A stretch of 64,000 nt of DNA, taken from Cirrosporium novae-zelandiae (lineage: Eukaryota). The DNA lies in NCBI GenBank assembly GCA_026023565.1, contig JAPETS010000022.1:62001-126000 (forward strand), in the 5' to 3' direction. The notes beneath the pieces were generated by a model. It searched no databases, was not told the origin of the DNA, and worked only from the letters and a program-made list of their open reading frames with translations. The position numbers and the translations under genes are program-made. Positions 1-12,373 of this stretch are shown here, in pieces; positions within the stretch are counted from its first letter, which is position 1, and the number at the start of each line of letters is the position of its first letter.

Positions 1-1
1 A

Positions 2-2451
2 GGTCCATCACAATTAGCAGTAGGCTGCTCAGATGGAGCGATTGTTATTCTGTCCACCGCCAATGAAGACCTCCAATTCTCTCATAGACTTGCACCGCCT
101 CCATTTAAGAAAGCCCGCGCCTTAAGTCTTTGCTTTCAAACTCCTGAAATTCTTATTGGCGGGTATTCTGACAGCGCTATTCGCATATTCAACATCAAGA
201 CACGCCAATTCATACGGAATGTATCGTTAGGTGCTGGCCCGAAAGGTGGTCCTAAAGAAACTCTCGTTTGGACGGTCAAGTGCTTTGCCGATGGTACTAT
301 AGTCTCTGGGGATTCAACTGGCGAGGTACGGTTCTGGGATGGAAAGAATTACACTTTAAAACAACGAATTCATAGCCATAAAGCAGACGTATTATGTTTG
401 ACCATGAACAAGGGCGGCAATACATTGGTCAGTGGAGGCATGGACCGACGAACAACCGTGTATAGGAAAATGGTGGCTAGCAGAAGCAAAAATCGGAAAT
501 GGGCGGAAGTATCTCACAGGCGCTTCCATGAGAATGATGTGAGAGCGCTAGCAACATTGGAATGGGATGAAATTAGTGTTGTTGTATCCGGAGGCTTAGA
601 TACTCGCCCAATTGTTATGCCCTTAAGGGAATTTGGAAAGGAATACCAGAGACCTCTATCTAATTTACCCTTGAAGACGCAAGTATGCTCGGCACCAAGA
701 AAACGGCTGGTTGCCGTTTGGTGGGATCGAGAGATTCATATTTGGTGCATTCCTCGAACTCCGAAAGAACAGCTCGAAGCCTCGATGATAGATGATATCG
801 CAAGGGGACGGAATCATAAGTTAGTAGCGAAGATCTTCCTCAAGGTATGCAGTATATGTCTCTCCATTATTAACATTTTTTACTGACTCATTTGTTAAAG
901 GATGAAGAAAACCTTACTTCGGTATCGATTTCTCTGGATGGCGAGTTTCTTGCTGCGGCGACAGTGTTGGGTGTCAAGTTATTCAGACTAAGACCAAGAA
1001 CCGACGAAAAGAAAAATTTACTTCGGGTCCAACCTGTCGACTGCCCTGCACAGCTTGGATCAACTGGTGCCAAAGAAGTGACTTGGTCGCCCGACGCCCA
1101 GTGGTTATCTATTGTGCGGCTTGATAATTTTATTCAGATGTTTAAGCTCTTCAAGGACGAGTCGGATTTAACTACACAACGGATCTTTCCTAAACACATA
1201 ACTCTGAAGACACTTGATCAAGATGAGCTAGGCAAAAAACATCAAGCTACAATCATGGGGAATTATCTGGACACGATTACTCATATTACTTTCTCTGCCA
1301 ACAGCAAGATTCTTGTCGCGGGCCATCTGTCTGGCTGTCTGGAGAGCTGGCTACTAACTGGTGTTGAAGATACCTCATCAAATGGCAATAAAGATGCTAG
1401 TAATATGTCGTCTCAACATCTCGAAGACAGCCCTTTCGATGACTCTTCGGAGGAGGACGATCACCCACAAAGTATTCATGGCCAATGTTGGATTCGCAAT
1501 CCGAGTGGTACTCTCCCGAAACTCCCTTCTGCACCTTTAATTCTCTCATTTCGACCTTCCATACTTAAAGATGAAACTACTTCAACGGACGGTAATCCTA
1601 GTGATGATATAACACCTTTCTCTCCTGACAAAACTAGGCAGAGGTTGCTTACTGGGGAAGACCGCCTTCTAGTAGTTACATCGGAAAATCATCTATATGA
1701 GTTTGAGGTACTTCAGAGCAGATTATCAGCTTGGTCTAGACGAAACACTCCTTCAAACTTGCCGCAGCATTATTCGGTCATCCTAGATCGAGCCATGGGG
1801 TGTATATGGGATGTCAGTAGTGGTCGAGAACGAGCCTGGCTTTATGGGTCAACCTGGATTTGGATGTTTGATCTCTCTCAAGATCTCCAGCCCGCGGACA
1901 GGAGCGCCAAAGTACCAGCAGCACACGGGAAGACTCCAAAGAATTCCAAAAAACGTAAGTTGGAAGAGGTAAACTCCGCTGATTACTCTCACGGAACTTC
2001 TGGGGCTGGGGGCCGGAAGGTGGACACGGAAATGGAAATCGGTAGAAGGATTAAGAAGACCCAAGGCTTGCACAAATCTAAATCCCAGTGGATCTCTCTT
2101 GATACGCAGCTTCGTCCACACGTGGATGATGACGACCTGTTAGATCTCAATGAGACAGACCTTACCCAATACGAAGAGCAAGAAGATGACGACGACGCTG
2201 ACCAGGTGATAACCTGTGATGACGAGACGCATCAACTAACATTGAAAGCTCTTTCGAAACGTGACGTTCGGCGACAACGACCTTGGCAATCTTGGTGGAA
2301 CACATTCAAGTATCGACCAATAATGGGTCTTGTGAAAATTGGTAGTCCTCAAGACATGGAGATCGTCTTGATCGAGCGGCCTTTATGGGAAGTGGACCTT
2401 CCACCAAGATACGACGATGGTCGAGAGTGGGAGAAACAACCCATCTACTGA
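2..2451 (+). CDS. UTP4: U3 snoRNA-associated WD40 protein Utp4 (SSU processome t-UTP), 5'-truncated; intron 845..900
   Basis: Frame is open from nt 2 (GPSQLAVGCSDG...), with WD repeats (VSGDSTGEVRFWD, LVSGGMDRRT, RRFHENDVRALA, VVSGGLD) and the C-terminal KYRPIMGLV...LIERPLWEVDLPPRY motif typical of Utp4. A GTATGC...CTGAC...TAAAG intron joins ORF 398..886 to ORF 892..2451 in frame. Confidence 0.9.
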
Positions 2452-3684
2452 ATAATATCGGATCTGGACCTTAGATGTATAATAGAGTTGGGTTAATGAC
2501 ATTCACGAGTTCAAGGAAAAGTCGGTCCTTAGTAAAGATACGTGTGGTGATTTCTCCTTTTGGATAATGGCAAGGGAAAAATCAGACATGAGGAAAGAAT
2601 GGGCAATATACAATATAACTGGTTCTTGCGCTCTCTAAATTTCCGCCTCTTCATATTTCTGGAAGCGCCATTCAATGGAAACGTAGGAACATGCCATGAT
2701 TTTCTGCCTAATCTACGTTAAACGTTGTGTCGATCTATGAAAGGCGTCGGGAGTGTGTTTCTCCGCTATATTCTTCTCGTTGTCCATTAACTGAAGCTGA
2801 ATAGGCAACATAATTGGAGCCAACCTGGTCGGACGGATGACAAAGACTGGAGCCTATGGCGAAGACGTCGATCCTACCAAGAAAACCAAGTATCTGATTG
2901 CGTACACCGACAATCAACCGTGACATTGTTGTCGTACGAAAACTTCATCTAGTAAACTAAGAGATGAAGGAGAGAAAAAAGTCTGGTGCTATTGACGTTG
3001 AACAATCAATACATAGCAATGTTGGGCCCGGACCGACGGAGAACATATAGTGGCAAGGCATTGATGCTATTCGTACAAATTTTCTACGAGTAGGCCCTAT
3101 TTATGATTAGAAGACGGTATTCTGGCTAGATACAGGCAACGGTGAATGGGGAAGTTGGCTTGGAGCAGAATGGCTTCATCTGGATCATTTGTACTTGTAG
3201 ATGAAGTAGGCTAGAATCCTGGTCAAGAGATAAACAATTCTTTGGTGATGGTTTGCGCAGCTAGCAGGCGTTGTTTAAACAAAAAGTTTCTTCAAAATAA
3301 AGACATTGGCAAGGGGGGACCAAAGTTTCACGATATTATGCTTCTACTTAGAAGTATTTTGCGAATAGTTTAATATGCAACAAGAATATCGGAAGACTTA
3401 CGACCTTCGCACGGTAAAGGTAATGGCCCCTGAACAAAATGCCACAATAAAGCAAAATGGAGAACCTGGTTTAAAGGATAAGAAGTTAAGAAAAGGATGG
3501 TCTGTACATAAGGTTACTTTGTATAGAAGATCCACAATGGATGGAGAAATGATGATTCAATAATATGTTTACTAAGTAGAAGACGTTGATTTGGAGTACT
3601 TGAGTACAGTGCATATCTTTAAAACGCGTAGGAAAATTGAAGGATGAGCTTGTTACGAGTCATGGAGGTCATGAAGGGTTTGAT

Positions 3685-3780
3685 GGGGGTCGGGAGGGGG
3701 GGGGGGTGGTCTTAGTGGTCAGTGAACAGTGGGGGGGGGGGGAGTTTTGATGGGAATTTTCTTTCTTTTTTTTCTTTTCT
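3685..3780. repeat. Poly-G runs followed by a T-rich tract (low complexity)
   Basis: G runs of 5, 3 and ~11 at 3685..3706, G12 at 3731..3742, then a T-rich tract. Confidence 0.8.
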
Positions 3781-5422
3781 TTTCGGGTATTACAGGGTTT
3801 AGCGTTAGATGCATGGGGCATCAACTGAAGCAACTGGGGGTAGAAAGAAGTCGTTAGAGGAGTTAGAGAAGTTAGAGAAGGAAGAAGTGGAAAGCGTGGA
3901 AAGCAGTGGATAAGAACTGGAAGGGGCGTGAAGGGATTTGATGGAACTAAACCCGAAAGAACCATTGCCAAGATATAGGATTGCGTGGATTGCGTGTTCC
4001 TTTTCACCAAAAAGATGCGACGACGAGTAAGTGAAATGCCTTGATATGTCTAAGCGAGGAAAATGAGAAAAGCAAAAGCCCGACAAGGTCATCCACCTTA
4101 CGAAAGCAATGATTGCGTGCGTACTCTCCTGTATAATGTATTATAATCTCACCTCTACTTTGTGCTGATCAATACTAATATACGTACCATGGCCATACAA
4201 TAGCATACTTGTACTCGAGTAGTCCAGTAATTTTTTGTAAATCAATCTTTGGATACGAGCTCTTGGGGAAAAAAATAAAAAAAAATAAAACTCGTCGTCG
4301 TCGTCGTCTTCAAAGTTTAGGAAGGCATCAAGATAATAAATATATTATAGATGGATCTCTTTTGAAAAGAAAAAGAAAATAATATTTATCTACCTACAGT
4401 AGGTACATGACCAGGATTTCATCATTATCATCAACAACAACATCATCAATCATCACCATCGTCTCGTATTCAAAAGGGACACACCAATACCAATTCCGGG
4501 TATACACACATACACACATACACACGGTACATGAAGCGAAACATACGTCAACAAATTAAAAAAAAACTCCAAAATCAAAAGATGAAAAGTTTGGAATATT
4601 ATATGATAAGGAAAGACCACTTTTTATTCAAGAGATCTACTACTCTATATAATTGAGAAAGGTAATTCCCTGTTCGAATTTCTTTTTTATTCTTTTATCT
4701 TTTGTTTGGTTGGTTACTTAAGTACTAAAGTAGTTTTGGCAGTTTTTTTCGGTTTTCAGGCATACCGCGTAAGCCCCAGGGTCAAGTTCGTTGATTGGGT
4801 CAACTTTTGGCTGACGCGGCTCCCAAGACTGTCATCAAGCCCCATTGACCATCATTCCCCCAACTCTGAGCCAAGGGAACAGAGGGAAAAAAAAAAGGCT
4901 TCGTAACTATCTGATCGCTGACCACACACACGTCTTCCATCACTTACTCCTCCTCTTACTCCTCCTCCACCACCAAAAAACTACCCAACTAAACTACTAC
5001 CAACTACCACCTAACCTAACCTACCTTTCCTCAATTTCTTCCTCTACTCTTTTCTATACCCGACTTTCATTCAATATCCTCTATCTATCTATCGATCGCT
5101 ATTATCTCCCCCCCCCCAATCCTATTTACATCAAATTTATCCTTCTCCTGTCTCTGTCGACTTCCTATCTTCATCAAAATAACCCTGGGACTAAAGTGTG
5201 GCGAGGCAATATTGGCTGTGCAAGTTGCTGCGGACGACCCCATCAATCTATCTAACATACACCCCAACTTCGATCGCATCATTCATTCACAACCCACACA
5301 CTTTCCTCTTTCTTCACGATTAAGTCGACTTGATACAATTAATACGAAGAGTTGCCAAGCACCTTACTGCGACAACTCGATATTATCCTTCTTAACCTAC
5401 CTTCTTCCACACTCTCCTCGCC

Positions 5423-6809
5423 ATGGATCGAACAGACGCTCCAGGGAGGGGTGAGGACCCGGACTTTAATGCTCAAGAGCTCACAAGCCGATTCGAACAA
5501 TTATTAAGGACGAGACGATTCAATCAACTCACAGAACGAACACCATCGCGGTCTGCCTCTCCATCGTCGTTTGAACCATCGGCCTCCCCTTCACATCATC
5601 ATTCCTCGAGAACTCCTAGTTCACAACACAATCCATCAGCACCACCATCCTATTCATCATTACGAAACCTGCCAAAGGTCCCATCACCACCACAAGACCC
5701 GAATTCATATAAGTTCCGAAATTTACTGCTTACTCTATCTGTTACTCCGACCAAATACGAGAATCCTGGCTTGCTGGACGAGGCACTCGGGGTCATCCCA
5801 TTAGAACTAATATATCGTGAAGCAGAAGAAGAAAGTCAGATATTACAGGCGCAGGCAGCTAGTATGGGCGACAATGTCAAACCAGAATGGGGATATCAAG
5901 ACTGTGTAATCCGAGCCTTATTAAAATGGTTTAAACGAAGTTTCTTCACATGGGTTAACAACCCGCCATGTCCGTCATGCATGTCGCCAACTGTCGCTCA
6001 AGGCTTGACACCACCACTACCCGACGAAGCTGCTCGAGGCGCTTCCAAAGTCGAACTTTATCGCTGTTCCTCCTGTGGCGGTTATGAACGCTTTCCTCGA
6101 TATTCGGATGTTTGGGCTTTATTACAGACACGGAGAGGGAGATGTGGAGAATGGGCCAATTGCTTCAGTATGCTTTGCCGTGCTGTTGGAGGCCGTGTTC
6201 GATGGGTGTGGAATGCAGAAGATCATGTTTGGACCGAAGTCTACTCTGAGCACCAGAAACGATGGGTGCATGTTGACGCATGCGAAGAGGCGTGGGATAA
6301 TCCCAGACTTTACTCTGAAGGTTGGTTCATCCCATCTTACTGGTTACATCCAATTCTAATCTGTTATAGGATGGGGCAAGAAAATGTCATATTGTGTAGC
6401 ATTTTCCATTGATGGTGCAACTGATGTTACTCGTCGCTACGTCCGTGATCTACCCGCACATGGCCTAGAACGAACACGATGTCCAGAGGAGGTTCTACTC
6501 TGGATCATTAACGAGATTCGAAAGCTACGACGAGACCCCCTTACCAAAGAGGAAAGACGACGTCTTATTAAAGAGGATGAGCGCGAGGAAAAAGAGCTTC
6601 GGGGCTTCGTTATTCAAACCCTTGCTGCCCAAGTGAGCAATATTATGCCTGGAGGCATTCACTCTGGCAATAGCAATAGTAGCTTAGCCCGAGATGATAC
6701 CAAATTACCGGTCGGAAGGCAGAGTGGAGCCACTGAATGGGTTCGGACGAGAGGCGAAGGCGGGTTAAGCCATCCTGGTCCCGATCCATCTAGAGGCCCT
6801 AGGCGATGA
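5423..6809 (+). CDS. PNG1: Peptide:N-glycanase (transglutaminase-like fold); intron 6321..6369
   Basis: [18 protein letters not shown], two CxxC zinc pairs (CPSC, CSSC), and an intact Cys-His-Asp triad ([18 protein letters not shown]). Splicing restores [16 protein letters not shown]. Confidence 0.95.
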
Positions 6810-8405
6810 CTGACTGGGGAATGAACGGGTACACGAAAGTACCTGACATGCCCCCAGAAGAATGAGACCATAAAGGCCGACGTCCACAAAACCATTGACA
6901 TCTCCCCCTCAATAGGCTCGGAGGTACGGCCATAGTGATGACACTAATGACTAAAGGGGACCCCTAGTTCCTCCGAGATATTCCAACAGGGCTTCGTACG
7001 ATATGAATGGCAAGCAGGCCCATAAGGGAGCTGGCTACGTCCAAAAAGTTTCACTCCGGAGTCTCTTAATCACGATGCATTACAGCTTGCTTTTATGCTC
7101 AAGGGAGAACGCCTCTGCTTCCCGAAATTCACCATAGAGTTGCCTTACTTGGCTCCGTATATCCCAGCAATAGCTCCTTCGAGCCCATGCATGAATTCCT
7201 CCCAAAGTACGCGAAGAGACCGGCTCTAACATTCCAAATATTTTATTTTCGACACTTGTCATATCACATTATTGACATGTCCTGTTTCTTTAATACTCTT
7301 ATCAACATCCGAATCATTTGGATACACACCATACCGCAACACGCGCATTTCCTTACCGACAAGATAAATTACATCGCTTTTCCTACTTTTGCATATTACG
7401 GGCGTTTTTGAGGCTGGAGTCGCTCAGACCGAATGGGGTATTTTATTTATAGGAACTGATATAATCCATCAATCTGCATTTGAGACTTTTGTGGGGGTTA
7501 GGTTGGGTTTAAAGATTATGCACAGCAATTGAGTGTGTCACTTCTTCTATGTACGGAGTTTTCGATGGCTACCTTGCATGAAGGTATTGGGTCGATACAT
7601 TATCATATGACGGACGGATGGTTTCTAAGGACGGCCGATCATGTGGAAAGCGGCGTTTTAACCTCTCCTAAGGGTTGAGTGTCTTTGGGTGTTATTTTGG
7701 CTATACCAGCCTTGATTTCTTTTTGTTTAGCTTTCATTAAGCATAAGGTGCTGAAAGAGGTGAAAGGTGAAAGGTGCATATATGCGCTAATGGATATTTG
7801 ACGAGATGGGCTTCCAAGTTAAGATGGAGTTGGAAGGTCCTTTAGAGTACCTTAGGTAACTAGAGAAAAGCTATAGTTGCTTGAGGAGAGAATAGAAAGA
7901 AGTTCCAAAAAAAAAGACTGACTTATTTGATGAACGCTATGGAATCATTCCTTGCAGGAACTAGAGTGTGTACACGTATATTTAAACAAGTATTATTTAC
8001 AAGTACCTAATTAGGTACCTAGGTATATTACGAGGAGATGCATAAAATCAAGGCTACAAGGTGTTTTCCATTTGAGGATTTAGGTCCGACGGCTCTCGTG
8101 ACGGAGGGGGGGTGGGAGAGGAGGGGAAATTTGATAAGATAAACGAGGGGCAGACAACCCAGAAAAGCAGGAACAGGAACACCGAACTCAACTCCAACTG
8201 ACACGAACCTCAAGCTTCTCTTATAATAATAACAACCAACCTTTGAAGAAGGCCAAACAACTTCACAAGACATTAATCTCTCCAATATATTCAGGAGAAC
8301 CAGCAATTTCATCTCTCTAATCTCTCCTCTATCCTCTGTCTCTATTTTCCTTACTCTGTAACCTTGGTTGCCCCACTGTCTTTGTCAATTATCTCAATCA
8401 CCATC

Positions 8406-9547
8406 ATGTCTGGAGAAAGAAGAGCAACACATGCGGGTTCTTGGTATGAAGCCAATCCAACTAAGCTTCGAGCCCAGCTCACACAATGGCTTGATGATGT
8501 TCCAAAACCTCTTGAAGGTGTGGGCGATCTCCCTGCACATAACGGGCGCCTCATAATCACTCCGTAAGACCCGACTACTTTTGATCTACATCATCTTATT
8601 TTTTATGTTTTTTTTTTTTAAAAAAAAAACATAGTTCTTCTCATGATCCAATCTGACTCTCTAACGCGTTGCAAACTAGACATGCTGGATATTCTTACTC
8701 CGGCCCTTGTGCTGCCTACAGCTACGCTTCACTCGACCTCACAAGCTGTCAGCGAATCTTCCTACTTGGTCCCTCGCACCACGCCCGTCTCTCAGGATGT
8801 GGTCTCTCCCCATTCGAAACATATGCAACACCTCTTGGTCCAATCGACCTTGATCTCGAGACAATGAAGCAACTCGAACAGACAAATGGTGCATGGTTCA
8901 GAACATTACCTGGCTCCGTCGATGAAGCTGAGCATAGCCTCGAAATGCAGTTACCATATATCCGACTCCTAATTGACAAGTGGTTTTCGGGAAATGACAA
9001 GCCAAAACCCAAACTGATACCTATAATCGTCCCTTCTGTTCGAAATTCATTCGAGCGTGATTTAGGAGGTGTTCTGGCTGACTATCTTGCCGATCCACAT
9101 ACCGTCTTTGTCATTTCCTCGGACTTTTGCCATTGGGGAATCCGCTTCGCATACACATATTACTTGCCCAAGTTATCCTCTGAACCCCCTTTCCCAGATG
9201 CCATCGACCTTCGCCGTGGCCAAAGAATTGTCGGTGAGGCTCCGACGATTCATGAGAGTATCTCATGCGTGGACCATGTGTGTATGGATGCTGTCGCATC
9301 AGGACAAGCACAAACGTTCTGGGACGTTTTGAAGGAAACCGGAAATACAGTTTGTGGCAGACATCCTATCGGCGTGGCGATGTGTACAGTGGAAAAGCTG
9401 AAGGAGAAAGGGGTCATAAATGATACAGGAGGCGCCTTTCATTTTATGAAGTATGATCGAAGCGATGATCGAATCACAAAGGTAGAAGAGAGCAGTGTGA
9501 GTTATTGCGCTGCTGTCGCTTGCTTAGGGATTTCCCAGCAGGAATGA
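8406..9547 (+). CDS. MHO1: MEMO1 family protein; intron 8564..8679
   Basis: RRATHAGSWY, spliced IITPHAGYSYSG, FLLGPSHH, EHSLEMQLPY, ISSDFCHWG, NTVCGRHPI and SSVSY are MEMO1 family motifs. Confidence 0.93.
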
Positions 9548-9964
9548 TAGTGGTCATGTCGTTGAGGTGAGGGATAAGGATTACATAGCTACAAAAATAT
9601 GCTTGAATTTTAGAAAGTACCTAGAAAGTACTTAGAAAATACAAAATAATTAATGACCAGCGATTTAGAAATAATCCAATTGATAGAGAAGGGGGAAAAA
9701 GTAGCCAGATAGACTAAAGTCGTGATAGTTTCCCAAGCTGAGGCCTCAGCAATTTATCTCGCGTTTACGCTAGACCTGTTTTCGTATTAAATTCACGTCA
9801 CGTCACGTCGCGTCTTTAGCTCAAGTCTACAGCCTTACCAACCATCATCCTATTCTTCATAAGAACGCTTCAATTCCACCACCACACATTTGCTATCAGT
9901 CTTCGAGTCTTCAACCCCGGATTATCCACTTAGTCTAAATATAATTATCCGTCTACTATAAGCA

Positions 9965-10756
9965 ATGGCAATGGTTCTCAAACGCAAGAGGTCAACCGAA
10001 TCTTTCTCATCCCCTCTCTCCACCACCTCCTTCTCACCCTCCTCGCGTGCCCCATCTTTAAGCCCTACCCCGTGTTTCTTCTCAAGCGGTAGCTGCTACA
10101 ACAGCGATGTAGGAACCATGGGAATGGAAAACATCTCCATGTCTTCACCACAATCATCCATGATGACCCCAATGTCTCCTTGGGGTAATGTCAATGTCAA
10201 TGACGCCCTGCCTTCGTATCTCCCAAGTAGGACGCGTAAACGGTTTAGGGATAATCGACCAGACGAGGAGACTATCTATGGTAAATTCAATACAAAACAC
10301 ACATCGGCAATATAAATCATAGAGGAGCTAATTGACTGAATAGAAAACACCCTTTCCCTCCTTTTCTCGGCCCAGAAATCCCACAACCATCAACCTCCAA
10401 ACCCAAACCCGAATTCCCAATCTCCAATGGACAATCCCACACTCCTCCCTCCATCAGATGCCCAAATCACACCCAACCAACCATCCCTCCATGCCTTCTG
10501 GTCACAGCTCCCATCACACCCTCACTCTCACCATCATCAAACCACCACCCACTTCCACCCTCAACACCAACAACAGCAAATACCCATAATATCACCTTCC
10601 CCCCGCTGTCAAGACTGCGAGGCCCCCCTCCCCATAACCTCAGACATTGAGATTTCTGAATACAATTGCCGGCGCTGCTGTCGGCAGGTATGTGGAACTT
10701 GTTCTGTGATCAGGGATGCTAGGACGTGTTTGGAGTGTGCAATGGGGGCACGATGA
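9965..10756 (+). CDS. Conserved fungal hypothetical protein with an N-terminal KRKRS, an SRTRKRFRDNRPDE motif and a C-terminal 8-Cys zinc finger; intron 10281..10343
   Basis: A GTAAAT...GCTAAT...TAG intron joins ORF 9965 to ORF 10427 in frame (TIY-ENTLSLLFSAQ). The C-terminus reads CxxC...CxxCxxxVCxxC...CLEC. Confidence 0.75.
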
Positions 10757-11454
10757 TTTAAAGAAGGAATGGCAAGTATAGCACCATACACATACTACTG
10801 CTTACGGGAGGGGGGGCACCCCGAGTGGTGTGTATGAGAGAGGGGAACGGGCGTCCCCTCGTTTTTCCCCTATCAAGAACCCTACCTATCCCGAAACGGA
10901 GTATGGGTCTGATATTTAGCATAGCGAGAGGTGTTTTTTGGAGCATAAATCAGGAAACCGGCGTACTTTCGGGACTCTGAAAAAAAAGAGAAGGAAAAAC
11001 AGTTGGAAATCATAAATGGTATACTTCTTGGATGGAATGGAATAAATCAAGTCGCTCAGTATGGAGCTCCTTTTTGGAGGAGAGGGAGAGGGGGGTTAGT
11101 TCTGTGCTGTACCTGCACTGAATGGAACTCCCCTTTTATTATACGCATATCCGCTACGTTGGGTTGGGTTGAGAAAATATACCCATTTGCCTTTACCCAC
11201 AGGATTGATATCGATCTGGGCAATGAACACATCACCACGATCTAGAATCCAGAGAACAGGTTTGAGAGAAAACACAGGGAATGAGAATGTCCCATTATAT
11301 CTATATAGATATATAAAACCCAATCAATGGCCCAACGAACAATGAACAAAACCATCATCAAAGAAATCTAATTTGCATGCATATGATTAGAAATCCCACT
11401 TCTTCTTTTTTCTTTTTTGGTTATACTAAATGGATAATATATAACCATGTGTTA

Positions 11455-11905
11455 GAGAAGAGAGAAGAGAGAAGAGAGAAGAGGACGAGGTACAACAAAG
11501 CCGAAGAGATATAGCTATAGATATATCTAGTCTCTCTCTCTCTATAATAAATAACCTACCCAGCTACACCTATTCCATAACAATCAACAAATTACTAATA
11601 CAAGACAAGGCAAGGCAAGGCAAATAGAGCAAGTTAAATCAAAATAGAACTAACTAACTAATAAATTCTAAACAAAAGCAGCTCACTCAAAACTTAAATT
11701 AACATCAATTAAGATTGAAGAAAGCCTAAGGGAGCTAAGAATAAGAAGAGGAAACAAATAAATATATCCTTGCAAAAACTTCAAACCCCACCAAGTGCGT
11801 GTCTTCTATGTATCTTCTCTGTCTGTGTCTGTGTCTAACTGAACTTTATATCCTTTGTATGTTATGTATATGTATCATGAAGAAGAAGAAGAGGAAGAAG
11901 AAGAA
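11455..11905. repeat. Microsatellite cluster in the convergent intergenic region: (GAGAAGA)4, (CT)n, (AAGGC)3 and (GAA)n
   Basis: Seen directly at ~11455-11483, 11532-11543, 11608-11621 and 11879-11904. Confidence 0.8.
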
Positions 11906-12373
11906 ATGGAAGGGCAATATAAAAAAAATAGAATAGAAAAGAAAAGATTAAACACCCCCAGACACCCCACACTCCCCTCCACACACCTCTCTCCTAATAA
12001 ATGAATAAAAAAAAACATGGGTAATAAATAAGATATCTAGAACACAGAGATAGTTTAATAATAACTTAAAGGAGAGAAAGAAAAAAAGAATATATAAAAC
12101 TCCCCTATCCCCTTCCTCACCTCCCAATCTCTTATCTCGTAGATACTAGAAAAGATAGAAACGCCAGCGCTATGCAGGGTCGTAAAAAAAAGGAAATGTC
12201 CACCCCTTGCCCTCATTTGTATACGTCTTGATATTTTTTCATCATGTTACTACTCTCCACCCCCTATCCCAGTCCATGAACACGCACACAAAAATATCCT
12301 GCCCTCTCTGGCAAAAAGCATTAAAAAGAGTAGTAATCGAGAAAAAGGAGTAAATGGATTAGAGAAAAATAAA

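Noticed and set aside
2737..2923. Possible spliced mini-ORF (MKGVG|SNIIGANLVGRMTKTG...), ~42 aa
   Set aside because: Weak donor, very short, and no recognisable motif; needs expression data.
6140..6285. Possibly catalytically dead PNG1, as reported for Neurospora
   Set aside because: The Cys, His and Asp triad residues are all present here.
6807..6824. TGA-CTG stop context of PNG1 as a readthrough signal
   Set aside because: The extension is only four codons (LTGE) before another TGA and encodes no targeting signal.
7080..7262. 60-aa minus-strand ORF ending in SKL (peroxisomal signal)
   Set aside because: Short, antisense to the PNG1 3' region, with no family resemblance; likely chance.
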